Assembly (NCBI GenBank): GCA_027011385.1 | Contig: JALVAD010000148.1 | Span: 1 to 34,875 of the forward strand | DNA: 34,875 nucleotides | Source of the DNA: Saprospiraceae bacterium | GTDB lineage: Bacteria > Bacteroidota > Bacteroidia > Chitinophagales > Saprospiraceae | Direction of reading: 5' to 3' | In this document: positions 20,001-26,845 of the stretch, piece by piece | Layout: each line of letters starts with the position of its first letter | How positions within the stretch are numbered: position 1 is the stretch's first letter | Translations under genes and position numbers: made by a program | The notes under the pieces: generated by a model | The model's database searches: none | What the model saw: the letters and a program-made list of their open reading frames with translations, nothing else | What the model was told of the DNA's origin: nothing

Positions 20001-21303
20001 TTGTAAAGTTATTCTCAATATTATGGATAGTCAAGATGTCTGTCCTGATGCTCCAAATCCTACAGTAGTAGTAAAAGGAACTATTGTAGATGCCAATTTG
20101 AATGGAATAGAAGGATTTAAGGTAAGTGGTATGACTTTGGATCAAGTGGTAGAAGATGCCGCTGAAACCAATGTAGATGGACAATACTATTTGGATGGTC
20201 TTGGAGCATACAAAAAGTATAAAGTTGCACCTAGCAAGACTGACAATGTCTTGGATGGAGTCACTACATTAGATATAGTATATATCCAAAAACACTTACT
20301 AGGTATAAACAAATTCGATGATCCATATAGTTATATAGCAGCAGATGCTAATGAATCCAAATCAGTCTCAGCAAGTGATATATTACAACTAAGAAAATTG
20401 ATTTTAGGAGTAACTACTGAATTACCGGGAAAGAAATCTTGGAAATTTATTCAGGCTAAAACTGAATTCAACAATCCTTCACATCCATGGGATTATGATG
20501 ACAAGTATATTACAGATAGCTTATTCTTTGAACAAGACAGTTTGGATTTCATTGCGGTAAAACTTGGAGACATAAATCACTCTGCTCAAGGATACAATTC
20601 AAGTTCTGTTCTAGAGAATAGATCCGAGGATAAATACTTTGAAACAGAAAATATATCTTTCAATAATTCCGATATTGTACCTGTTGTTTTCAAGGCAGAA
20701 GAAAGTGATTTAATCTCAGGATTCCAATTTACCTTGGAATACGACAGTAATAATTTAGAGTTTTTGAGTATTGAAGATGGAAAAATAGTATTGCAACAGA
20801 ATAATTACCATATTGTGAATAACAAAAATGGAATCATCACTTTCAGTTGGAATAGTTCAGACGCCTTAAATTTAGAGGAAATGAACAAATTATTTACGAT
20901 CAACTTCAAAGCTAAATCAGAAGGATTATTGAGTGATAATTTAAAAATATCATCAAAAATAACAAGTGCAGAGTTATATTCAGACAATTTGGAAGTTTCA
21001 AATCTAAATTTGAGATTTGATGGTAATAGTATTAAGAGCAATGAGATTGTCATTAATCAAAATATTCCAAATCCATTTTCAAATACAACAGAAGTTATAA
21101 TAAACTTACCTGAAGAAACCGATTTAGAATTTAGGATTTTGGATTCGACAGGAAGAATAATTAAGAGCACACACAGGCATTACTCAAAAGGACAAAACTC
21201 AATCTCAATTTTAAGTGCAGAACTTGGAAAACCAGGATTGTACTTCTATGAAATAACAACAGAAAAATCTTCAACCATCAAAAGAATGGTCTATATAAAA
21301 TAA
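17056..21303 (+). CDS. Giant T9SS-sorted surface protein (1415 aa), collinear paralog of the upstream gene
   Basis: Signal peptide ALTLIAFLLFAISMQAQ. Same module order as the upstream gene. IVFTVTDGCDNTATCTRYIRIKDTKPP (HYR-like). Dockerin-like GVTTLDIVYIQKHLLG and DANESKSVSASDILQLRKLILG (nt about 20251-20409). Cohesin-like block. CTD NQNIPNPFSNTTEVIINLP...YFYEITTEKSSTIKRMVYIK. Confidence 0.85.
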   Translation: MKNYLQIKSKVFKSALTLIAFLLFAISMQAQCDAKITDADHDGKDYVCAESTTYYQAVRSAATGSTISWTLCGGGTILSTNDDNILSSVSIQWDSLPGTGPYCIKMTETNGACSNTEILDVYIEQNNLVMACNRLVLVALDNNCRDTIGADQIIEAPLYPDESYDVNVFNTDNSIRPEPIVTLQDLGDTLMVVVTHECSGLSCMGRIAFQDNLATMLSCRADTIKLECDESTDPENTHVGFPLVAGSTVHKVDQRRYQATIPGDCGGQFTLVFSDEVLDQTCGLNDYQFIIHRTWTAIDASGNGWSCTEIIAQKWGDFDTMTLPNNYDGMNGNLFFQCNDNHPNANESIYWSYKDSIPTPAITGYPQYASCSNIQFLYEDLTIPGCGYNRKVLRHWTILDWCTGRQKQYDQVLAFVDDTPPIMALRTDTLEFDATIGKCSGNAYPLPDPLVLEDCSDVTVEVIGYKLCSQAFDSTDGIYKKSGKYGIKDLPVDSVICVRYKATDECGLWSVANMRVVIRDRQKPTAACDAHTVVTVGVNAKLYATALDNHSWDNCGISKLEIKRTSNKCGNYQDLIYGESVDMCCADVGTDVVVKLKVYDIHGLTSECTGIVHVQDKERPVLTYCPPNFTVDCEQNYSNYFPGGKPTATDNCTILPPTKTDKANLNDCGFGTVRRTWVLKDKAGLETLHKCVQIITVEDKHPLTDSDINWPTNKTLYGCWPGVDYSESVTGIPTINNTTCKQLGIAHTDKIIHNPATSDACVVIERTFTVGDWCNTNAAYITHLQYIYIQDGGAPYFTYCKHDTTISSGTACSVNTTIRAEAEDDCTPADDLVYTYKVDLDDDGTIDFTGNGNVINRTFDSGRHKIVFTVTDGCDNTATCTRYIRIKDTKPPTPLCLRKITTTLGIDGTTTVDAKIFNHGSIDNCTPSNYGTCGCGTDLRFSFSQNVNDKTRTYTCDSLDNGVGKKFDLDVWVTDLDGNKDFCKVILNIMDSQDVCPDAPNPTVVVKGTIVDANLNGIEGFKVSGMTLDQVVEDAAETNVDGQYYLDGLGAYKKYKVAPSKTDNVLDGVTTLDIVYIQKHLLGINKFDDPYSYIAADANESKSVSASDILQLRKLILGVTTELPGKKSWKFIQAKTEFNNPSHPWDYDDKYITDSLFFEQDSLDFIAVKLGDINHSAQGYNSSSVLENRSEDKYFETENISFNNSDIVPVVFKAEESDLISGFQFTLEYDSNNLEFLSIEDGKIVLQQNNYHIVNNKNGIITFSWNSSDALNLEEMNKLFTINFKAKSEGLLSDNLKISSKITSAELYSDNLEVSNLNLRFDGNSIKSNEIVINQNIPNPFSNTTEVIINLPEETDLEFRILDSTGRIIKSTHRHYSKGQNSISILSAELGKPGLYFYEITTEKSSTIKRMVYIK

Positions 21304-21330
21304 CAGCATCTTAATTTCATAGGTATTTAG

Positions 21331-21363
21331 AAGCCGGGTAATTCATTTATCCGGCTTTTTTTA
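21331..21363 (+). terminator. Rho-independent terminator after the second giant gene
   Basis: aagccgg (21331-21337) / ccggctt (21351-21357) stem with a 13-nt loop, followed by a T5+ run. Confidence 0.7.
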
Positions 21364-21387
21364 TTACCTTAGTTTTAAATTTGAAAT

Positions 21388-21708
21388 ATGGAAATAAAAA
21401 ATATTTATTTGCAAAAAAATAAAAATAGCAAATCGGAAATAATCGAAGATATTATTTTCACAAAATCGTTTAGACTCGAAAAGATCAGTTCTTTTGGATA
21501 TCCTACTCCTAATAATAAATGGTACAATCAAGACAAAAATGAATGGGTCTTACTATTAAAGGGGCAAGCGACACTGAAATTTAAAAAAGATGATTCTAGA
21601 ATTAATTTGACTGAAGGTGATTATATATTTTTAGAAAAACATTTAGAACACAGAGTTGAATATGTAAGCAAAGATGCTATTTGGTTATGCATTCATTATA
21701 AGAAATAA
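21388..21708 (+). CDS. Small cupin-domain protein
   Basis: 106 aa. EWVLLLKGQATLKF ... GDYIFLEKHLEHRVE fits the two-motif cupin barrel. Confidence 0.7.
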   Translation: MEIKNIYLQKNKNSKSEIIEDIIFTKSFRLEKISSFGYPTPNNKWYNQDKNEWVLLLKGQATLKFKKDDSRINLTEGDYIFLEKHLEHRVEYVSKDAIWLCIHYKK

Positions 21709-21723
21709 ATAAAACTATAAAAA

Positions 21724-24711
21724 ATGGCTCAAAACAATAACAATAACAATAATATTGTACAGGTATTTATAAACCGGGCGAATAAGCACAGAGATATCTA
21801 CCATGATTTAATGCCCTTTAAAGTAAAGGAGATTTTACTTGTTTCGCACCTTTATGATGCATATCTAATCGAAGGGGAAGGTCGTTTTTCCGAGATAATG
21901 CTATATGAATATGGGCATTTGAATTTATCTTCATTACCGAGAATTACCGGAGCTTCATTTGATGAAGACGTCTGCAAGTACTTTAAGAAAAGGAGTATTG
22001 ATCTTGTCATTCTGATGGTTGGCTTAGATAAAGACCAGCCATTGGTATTAGCAAAACAAATAAAGGAAAAATATCCTGACAAGCCTATATTTTTTCTTTT
22101 ACATGATAGAACCTATGAAAAATATTTTATAAGAAAATTACCAACAGGATATTTTGATATGATATTTGAGTGGAATGGAGAAACCAAGATATTTTTTGCA
22201 ATGATTAAGTATCTTGAAGATAAGATGAATGCGCAGAACGATACAAAGATAGGTTCAGTCAGACTAATACTATTGGTCGAAGATAAACCAATATATTATT
22301 CTGCATTTTTATCTAGTATTTATAAGATTATTTTTGACCAAACCAACAAAGTAATAGAAGAAATATCAACAGACAATGCATTTAAAGTATTGAAATTAAG
22401 GATAAGACCAAAGGTAATTCTTGCAAGAAATTATGAAGATGCTATTGCTTTATTCCACAAGTACAAAGACTATTTGTACTGTTTATTAACAGATGTGAGA
22501 TTTGAAAAAAACAATAAAATTGAGCTAAATGCGGGTTTTGAATTGATTGAAGAAATCAAAAAAGAGAAAAATGATTTGCCAATAATCGTAATTTCTTCCG
22601 AAAACCGTGCTAGAGACAAAGCGAAAGAATTAAATGTTCAATTTATTCATAAGTATACAGAATTTCTAAATAAGGAACTCAGGAAGAAAGTAGTCCAAAA
22701 TCTAAATTTTGGAGATTTTATTTTCAGAGATAAAGACGGTGTTAAAATCGATAAAGCAAATTCAATTAAAGCATTTAAAGAATTGATAAACTCTGTTTCG
22801 GATGAAACGATAATGTATCATGCAAAAAAGGATGATTTCTCTCAGTGGCTATTAGCAAGAAGTGAAATTTTACTTGCAAAAATTCTAAACTTAAAAAAAA
22901 CATCAGACTTCACTTCTCCATTGGAGATACGGGAATTTTTGTTGAATACAATAAAGAATTACCAAGACGAAAAATCACAAGGAAATGTTATACCTATTGG
23001 AGATGAACAATGCAATTCTGAGGGGAATATCATTTCTCTTTTCAATGGAGCTTACGGAGGAAAAGGAAGAGGACTAACCTTTGCTAATTCACTTTTCAAT
23101 CAATTCAAACTGGAAAATAAATTTTCTGATATTGTTATCAAGCTACCTAAAACAGCCGTGATAGGAGTTAAAGAATTTGAAGAATTTATTACAAATATCG
23201 ATTTGGATATAAGCAATAACCATATTCCAACATACAAGTCTATCAAAAAGAAATTCCTTGCTAACGAATTAAGTGAGCTATTACAATCAAGGTTGAGAAA
23301 ATTAATCAAATGCTTCAAAAAACCATTAGCTATCAGATCATCAGGATCATTTGAAGATAGTCTTTCCAGACCATTTGCCGGGATTTTTGAGACCTATGTG
23401 ATACCAAACAATCACGAAGACGAAGATATTAGATTCAAACAAATCCAAGACGCCATCAAATTGGTTTTTGCATCAGTATTTTCAGAAAAAGCATTAAACT
23501 ATGCCAAAGCTCTAGACCAAAGAATAGAGGAGCAGCAAATGGCAATTGTTATTCAAGAATTGGTTGGAAATGAATATGAGGGTTTGTATTACCCGCATTT
23601 CAGTGGAGTTGCCCAATCTTACAATTTTTATCCTTTTGCAAATATGCAACCCGAAGATGGATTTTCGGTAATCGCTTTTGGGCTTGGAATGTATGTAGTA
23701 AATGGAGAGAATGCATATCGTTTTTCACCCAAGTTTCCTCAGATACAAGTGCTCTCTTTTGAAGATCAAATAAAATATACTCAAACTTATTTCTATGCTC
23801 TTGATATAACCAAAAAAGAATTTGATTTGACAAAAGGAGCGATGGAAACTATAAAAAAGGTAGATATTTATAATGCTAAAAAGCACAATACGCTCACACA
23901 TTGCGTTTCCGTTTATGATGTCGATAATCTAAGATTATATCCGGGAGCACATAGACAAGGTCCAATAGTTGTTAATTTCCCAAGCATATTGAAGACTGAA
24001 TATATCCCCTTGGCAAAAGTATTGAATTATTTACTTGGAGTATTTGAAAAATCTTTTGGAACACCGGTAGAAATCGAATTTGCTGTTGACTTAAAACCTA
24101 AGCCTACTTTCTATCTTTTGCAGGTAAAACCTTTGATAAAAGCCGTAAAAGATTATTCTATTGATGAGGAGAAATTGAATAAAGAAAATACAATTCTCTA
24201 TTCTGAGAAAATAATGGGAAATGGTAAAATAGATTACCTGAAAGATATCATTATTGTGAAACCTGATACCTTTGACAATACAAAAACGAACCAGATGGCT
24301 GAAGAGATCAGCAAACTCAATGATAAAATGATCGAAGAAGGAAAGCAGTATGTATTGATTGGTCCGGGACGTTGGGGTACAAGAGATAGATTTTTAGGCA
24401 TCCCTGTTACTTGGCCGCAAATAAGTGGTGCGAAGGTTATAGTTGAAACAGATTTGGATGGTTTTCCTTTAGATGCATCTTATGGCTCTCATTTTTTTCA
24501 TAATCTTACCAGTCTTAATATCGCATATTTCTCGATAGTTACGGGGGATAATAGTTTTCTTAATCTTGGCATGCTTGAGAATGCAGAAATAATTCAGGAA
24601 ACAAAATATTTCAAACATGTAAGATTCAAAAAACCTTTTGTAATCAAAATGGATGGTAAAAAAAGACTGGCTTTAATCGAAATTAATAATAATCAGAAAA
24701 CTAATAACTAG
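21724..24711 (+). CDS. Two receiver-like domains fused to a PEP/pyruvate-binding (PPDK_N, ATP-grasp type) domain and a conserved C-terminal domain (995 aa)
   Basis: Second REC: RLILLVEDKPIYY ... CLLTDVRF ... PIIVISS. PPDK_N signatures GGKGRGL and AIRSSGSFEDSLSRPFAGIFETY. C-terminal GPGRWGTRDRFLGIPVTWPQISGAKVIVE. No recognisable phosphohistidine TSH swivel motif. N-terminal Asn7 run. Confidence 0.7.
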   Translation: MAQNNNNNNNIVQVFINRANKHRDIYHDLMPFKVKEILLVSHLYDAYLIEGEGRFSEIMLYEYGHLNLSSLPRITGASFDEDVCKYFKKRSIDLVILMVGLDKDQPLVLAKQIKEKYPDKPIFFLLHDRTYEKYFIRKLPTGYFDMIFEWNGETKIFFAMIKYLEDKMNAQNDTKIGSVRLILLVEDKPIYYSAFLSSIYKIIFDQTNKVIEEISTDNAFKVLKLRIRPKVILARNYEDAIALFHKYKDYLYCLLTDVRFEKNNKIELNAGFELIEEIKKEKNDLPIIVISSENRARDKAKELNVQFIHKYTEFLNKELRKKVVQNLNFGDFIFRDKDGVKIDKANSIKAFKELINSVSDETIMYHAKKDDFSQWLLARSEILLAKILNLKKTSDFTSPLEIREFLLNTIKNYQDEKSQGNVIPIGDEQCNSEGNIISLFNGAYGGKGRGLTFANSLFNQFKLENKFSDIVIKLPKTAVIGVKEFEEFITNIDLDISNNHIPTYKSIKKKFLANELSELLQSRLRKLIKCFKKPLAIRSSGSFEDSLSRPFAGIFETYVIPNNHEDEDIRFKQIQDAIKLVFASVFSEKALNYAKALDQRIEEQQMAIVIQELVGNEYEGLYYPHFSGVAQSYNFYPFANMQPEDGFSVIAFGLGMYVVNGENAYRFSPKFPQIQVLSFEDQIKYTQTYFYALDITKKEFDLTKGAMETIKKVDIYNAKKHNTLTHCVSVYDVDNLRLYPGAHRQGPIVVNFPSILKTEYIPLAKVLNYLLGVFEKSFGTPVEIEFAVDLKPKPTFYLLQVKPLIKAVKDYSIDEEKLNKENTILYSEKIMGNGKIDYLKDIIIVKPDTFDNTKTNQMAEEISKLNDKMIEEGKQYVLIGPGRWGTRDRFLGIPVTWPQISGAKVIVETDLDGFPLDASYGSHFFHNLTSLNIAYFSIVTGDNSFLNLGMLENAEIIQETKYFKHVRFKKPFVIKMDGKKRLALIEINNNQKTNN

Positions 24712-24713
24712 TT

Positions 24714-25682
24714 ATGAAAGCAATCGTATTAAAGAAAGAGAATACTCCTCCTGTTTATGAGGATTTCAAATTGGATGATAAAAAAGACGAGGTGAAGGTT
24801 AAATTATTAGCTTCTGCTATTAATCACAGGGATCTTTGGATAATCAAAGGTATGTATGCCGGCATCAAATATCCAATTATTCTAGGGTCAGATGGTCTTG
24901 GTCTTTTTGAAGGTAAAAAAGTCATAATCAATCCCGGGCAAAATTGGGGTAACGATGAAAATGTACAATCTTCTAAATTCAAAATATTGGGCTTACCTGA
25001 TCATGGCACTTTTGCAGAATTTGTATATACACCTAAGCAATATCTCTTCCCTGCCCCTGAGCATTTAACAGACTTTGAATCCGCTGCATTACCTCTTGGA
25101 GGACTAACAGCGTATAGAGCTCTATTTTCAAAAGCAAAAATAAAAAAGAATGAGAAGGTATTAATCGCAGGAATAGGAGGTGGAGTCGCTTTATTCGCAA
25201 TGCAATTTGCACTTGCGGCAGGATTGGAGGTATATGTAAGTTCAAGCAGTGATAAAAAAATCAAAAAAGCTGTAGATTTGGGTGCAAATGGTGGAATCAA
25301 TTACACAAAGAAAGATTGGCACAGAGAACTTAAAGCGATTTCAGGTGGAATTGATATAATAATAGATAGCGCAGCCGGCTCAGGGTTTAGTACTTATTTG
25401 AAATTGATTAATCCGGGAGGAAGAATCGTAGTTTACGGTGGTACAAGAGGAAATATACAGGATTTAAGCCCGCAGATATTGTTCTGGAAACAGATATCTA
25501 TATTGGGCTCTACGATGGGTTCCGACCGGGATTTTAGTGATATGTTGCAATTTGTAAATAAACACAAAATCAAACCTGTATTGGATTCACTTTATAAGCT
25601 AGAGGATTTCAATATTGCTATTAAGAGAATGGAAGAAGGAAAACAATTTGGTAAAATAGTGCTTAAAAACGTGTATACTTAG
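24714..25682 (+). CDS. Medium-chain dehydrogenase/reductase (quinone oxidoreductase / Zn-ADH family)
   Basis: GroES-like N-terminal domain, Rossmann motif AGIGGGVALFAMQFA, C-terminal GKIVL. Starts 3 nt after the upstream stop. Confidence 0.8.
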   Translation: MKAIVLKKENTPPVYEDFKLDDKKDEVKVKLLASAINHRDLWIIKGMYAGIKYPIILGSDGLGLFEGKKVIINPGQNWGNDENVQSSKFKILGLPDHGTFAEFVYTPKQYLFPAPEHLTDFESAALPLGGLTAYRALFSKAKIKKNEKVLIAGIGGGVALFAMQFALAAGLEVYVSSSSDKKIKKAVDLGANGGINYTKKDWHRELKAISGGIDIIIDSAAGSGFSTYLKLINPGGRIVVYGGTRGNIQDLSPQILFWKQISILGSTMGSDRDFSDMLQFVNKHKIKPVLDSLYKLEDFNIAIKRMEEGKQFGKIVLKNVYT

Positions 25683-25729
25683 TGTCTGGCACAACAGCCC
25701 CCTCTGCCATAACGCAAAAACACCTCTCT

Positions 25730-25787
25730 CCCCCTTGTAGTTTTGCTCCACTACGTTACGTAAAACTACAGGGGGAAGCAGCAACCC
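25730..25787 (+). repeat. GC-rich hairpin module, family H4
   Basis: cccccttgtagtttt (25730-25744) pairs with aaaactacaggggg (25762-25775), followed by an aagcagcaac tail. Confidence 0.65.
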
Positions 25788-25804
25788 GCGACTTCTTGGA
25801 CTGA

Positions 25805-25893
25805 GAATTGTAGGTTGGGGTTCTCCCGGTTTCGGAATAAAATGGAGAAACAGAGCTTGATATAAAAGCGAAGTCAGAGATATTCGCTTATCA
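25805..25893 (+). repeat. Mosaic of palindromic modules: H2 (25805-25851) then H1 (25866-25893)
   Basis: gaattgtaggttggggttctcccggtttcggaataaaatggagaaac, then aagcgaagtcagagatattcgcttatca. The module order is reversed relative to the 8.6 kb and 11.3 kb loci but the strand is the same. Confidence 0.8.
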
Positions 25894-26022
25894 GGGATAC
25901 AAAAAAAGCTTCACATGGAGATTGTTATATTTCCGATTTTGAAAGATACTGAATATCGAACACTGAATAAGGATTGGAGATTTTAGAAGGTTTGCAATGA
26001 GATTAGGAAACCTTTTGCGGGG
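25866..26022 (+). repeat. About 125-bp direct repeat unit (H1 + gggatac + 90-bp AT-rich segment), copy 1, carrying a 32-bp internal insertion (25901-25932)
   Basis: 25933-26022 and 26613-26702 differ at 2 positions in my manual alignment (ccgattttgaaagatactgaatatcgaacactgaataaggattggagattttagaaggtttgcaatgagattagga...). Confidence 0.85.
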
Positions 26023-26503
26023 CTTACGTTATGACACATCTTTTAATAAGTGTAATAACGATAGCTTTCTCTTGAGAGATTTGATTCCGGTTTTAGCACC
26101 CATCCCCAGCTCTTCCCTCACAAAGGGAAGGGAGAAGTGGAGGTGCTTGATTAATAAAAATAGCTATTTGAGAATCATCTTGTTTTATAACTAAATGGTA
26201 TTTTTTTTTGAAAAAAGCGTTGCTATTGCGGTTTACCCTGTGAAATCAACGAAGTATTTCACTGGGGGTTGCAGCTTCCTCCCTTGTAAGGGAGGATTGA
26301 GGTGGGTTCTAAATAAAAAATCATGCAAATATTATTACACAAATATGGAGTTTTAACGTATTTCACTTTATTTGTACCAAATATCTAACTTGTGTAGTTG
26401 CTATATATGTACAAAAACAGACAACTTTTGACCAAAATATAAATATAGCTTCCGTTATGATAAATCTTATTTTTTTTTGCTTTAAGATGTGTCATAACGA
26501 AAG
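26023..26503 (-). mobile_element. MITE-like non-autonomous element, copy R (481 bp), inverted relative to copy L
   Basis: Same termini (cttacgttatgacacatctttt ... aagatgtgtcataacgaaag). An identical 11-mer cttttgcgggg abuts both ends (26012-26022 and 26504-26514). 26023-26316 is the reverse complement of 11532-11824, with about 7-8 differences by eye. It carries about 155 bp more AT-rich sequence (about 26317-26475) than copy L. Confidence 0.75.
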
Positions 26504-26514
26504 CTTTTGCGGGG

Positions 26515-26737
26515 ATAGAGAGACATTCGCTTATCAGGAGAGTGTAAACGAAATCATAGACCTTTTGCAGGGAGATAAAGCGAAGTCAGCGATATTCGCT
26601 TATCAGGGATACCCGATTTTGAAAGATACTGAATATCGAACACTGAATAAGGATTGGAGATTTTAGAAGGTTTGCAATGAGATTAGGAGACCTTTTGCAG
26701 GGAGAAGGAAAGCGAAGTCAGAGACATTCGCTTATCA
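26515..26737 (+). repeat. Three further H1 palindromic units (26515-26536 5'-truncated, 26578-26605, 26710-26737), including copy 2 of the 125-bp unit (26578-26702)
   Basis: The core aagcgaagtcag[a/c]ga[c/t]attcgcttatca is repeated. Each unit is preceded by accttttgcaggga. Confidence 0.85.
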
Positions 26738-26845
26738 AGGACAAAGAATCGAAGATTTTAATTTTATCTACTAATAGTGTTTAAAAAAAACTTTATTGAA
26801 ACTAATACGTTAAAATCTTACACCACATAATAAATATATCACTAA

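Noticed and set aside
12223-21303. Diversity-generating retroelement or phase-variable control of the giant surface proteins.
   Set aside because: There is no reverse transcriptase gene, and I saw no template/variable repeat pair and no in-frame homopolymer or short tandem repeat near the starts. The T9 tract at about 12025-12033 lies about 190 bp upstream, and there is no evidence it matters.
21376-21383. TAAATTTG -7-like box upstream of the cupin gene.
   Set aside because: It ends only 4 nt before the ATG, too close for a normal leader, so it was not listed as a promoter. It may still be real if the true start is downstream or the mRNA is leaderless.
11497-26503. Composite transposon formed by the two inverted MITE copies mobilising the 14-kb adhesin segment.
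   Set aside because: Each copy has its own matched flanking duplication (cctttgtgaggg vs cttttgcgggg). The outer flanks of the pair do not match each other. These are therefore two independent insertions, not one composite event.
25866-26737. CRISPR-like look: five H1 units (four full, one 5'-truncated) of a partly palindromic about 28-bp repeat separated by non-repeat DNA.
   Set aside because: The intervals are irregular (about 36, about 100, and more than 600 bp including the MITE). The 'spacers' are themselves repeated (a 90-bp duplicate and the recurring accttttgcaggga). The same unit occurs singly at 8657 and 11282, and no cas genes are present.
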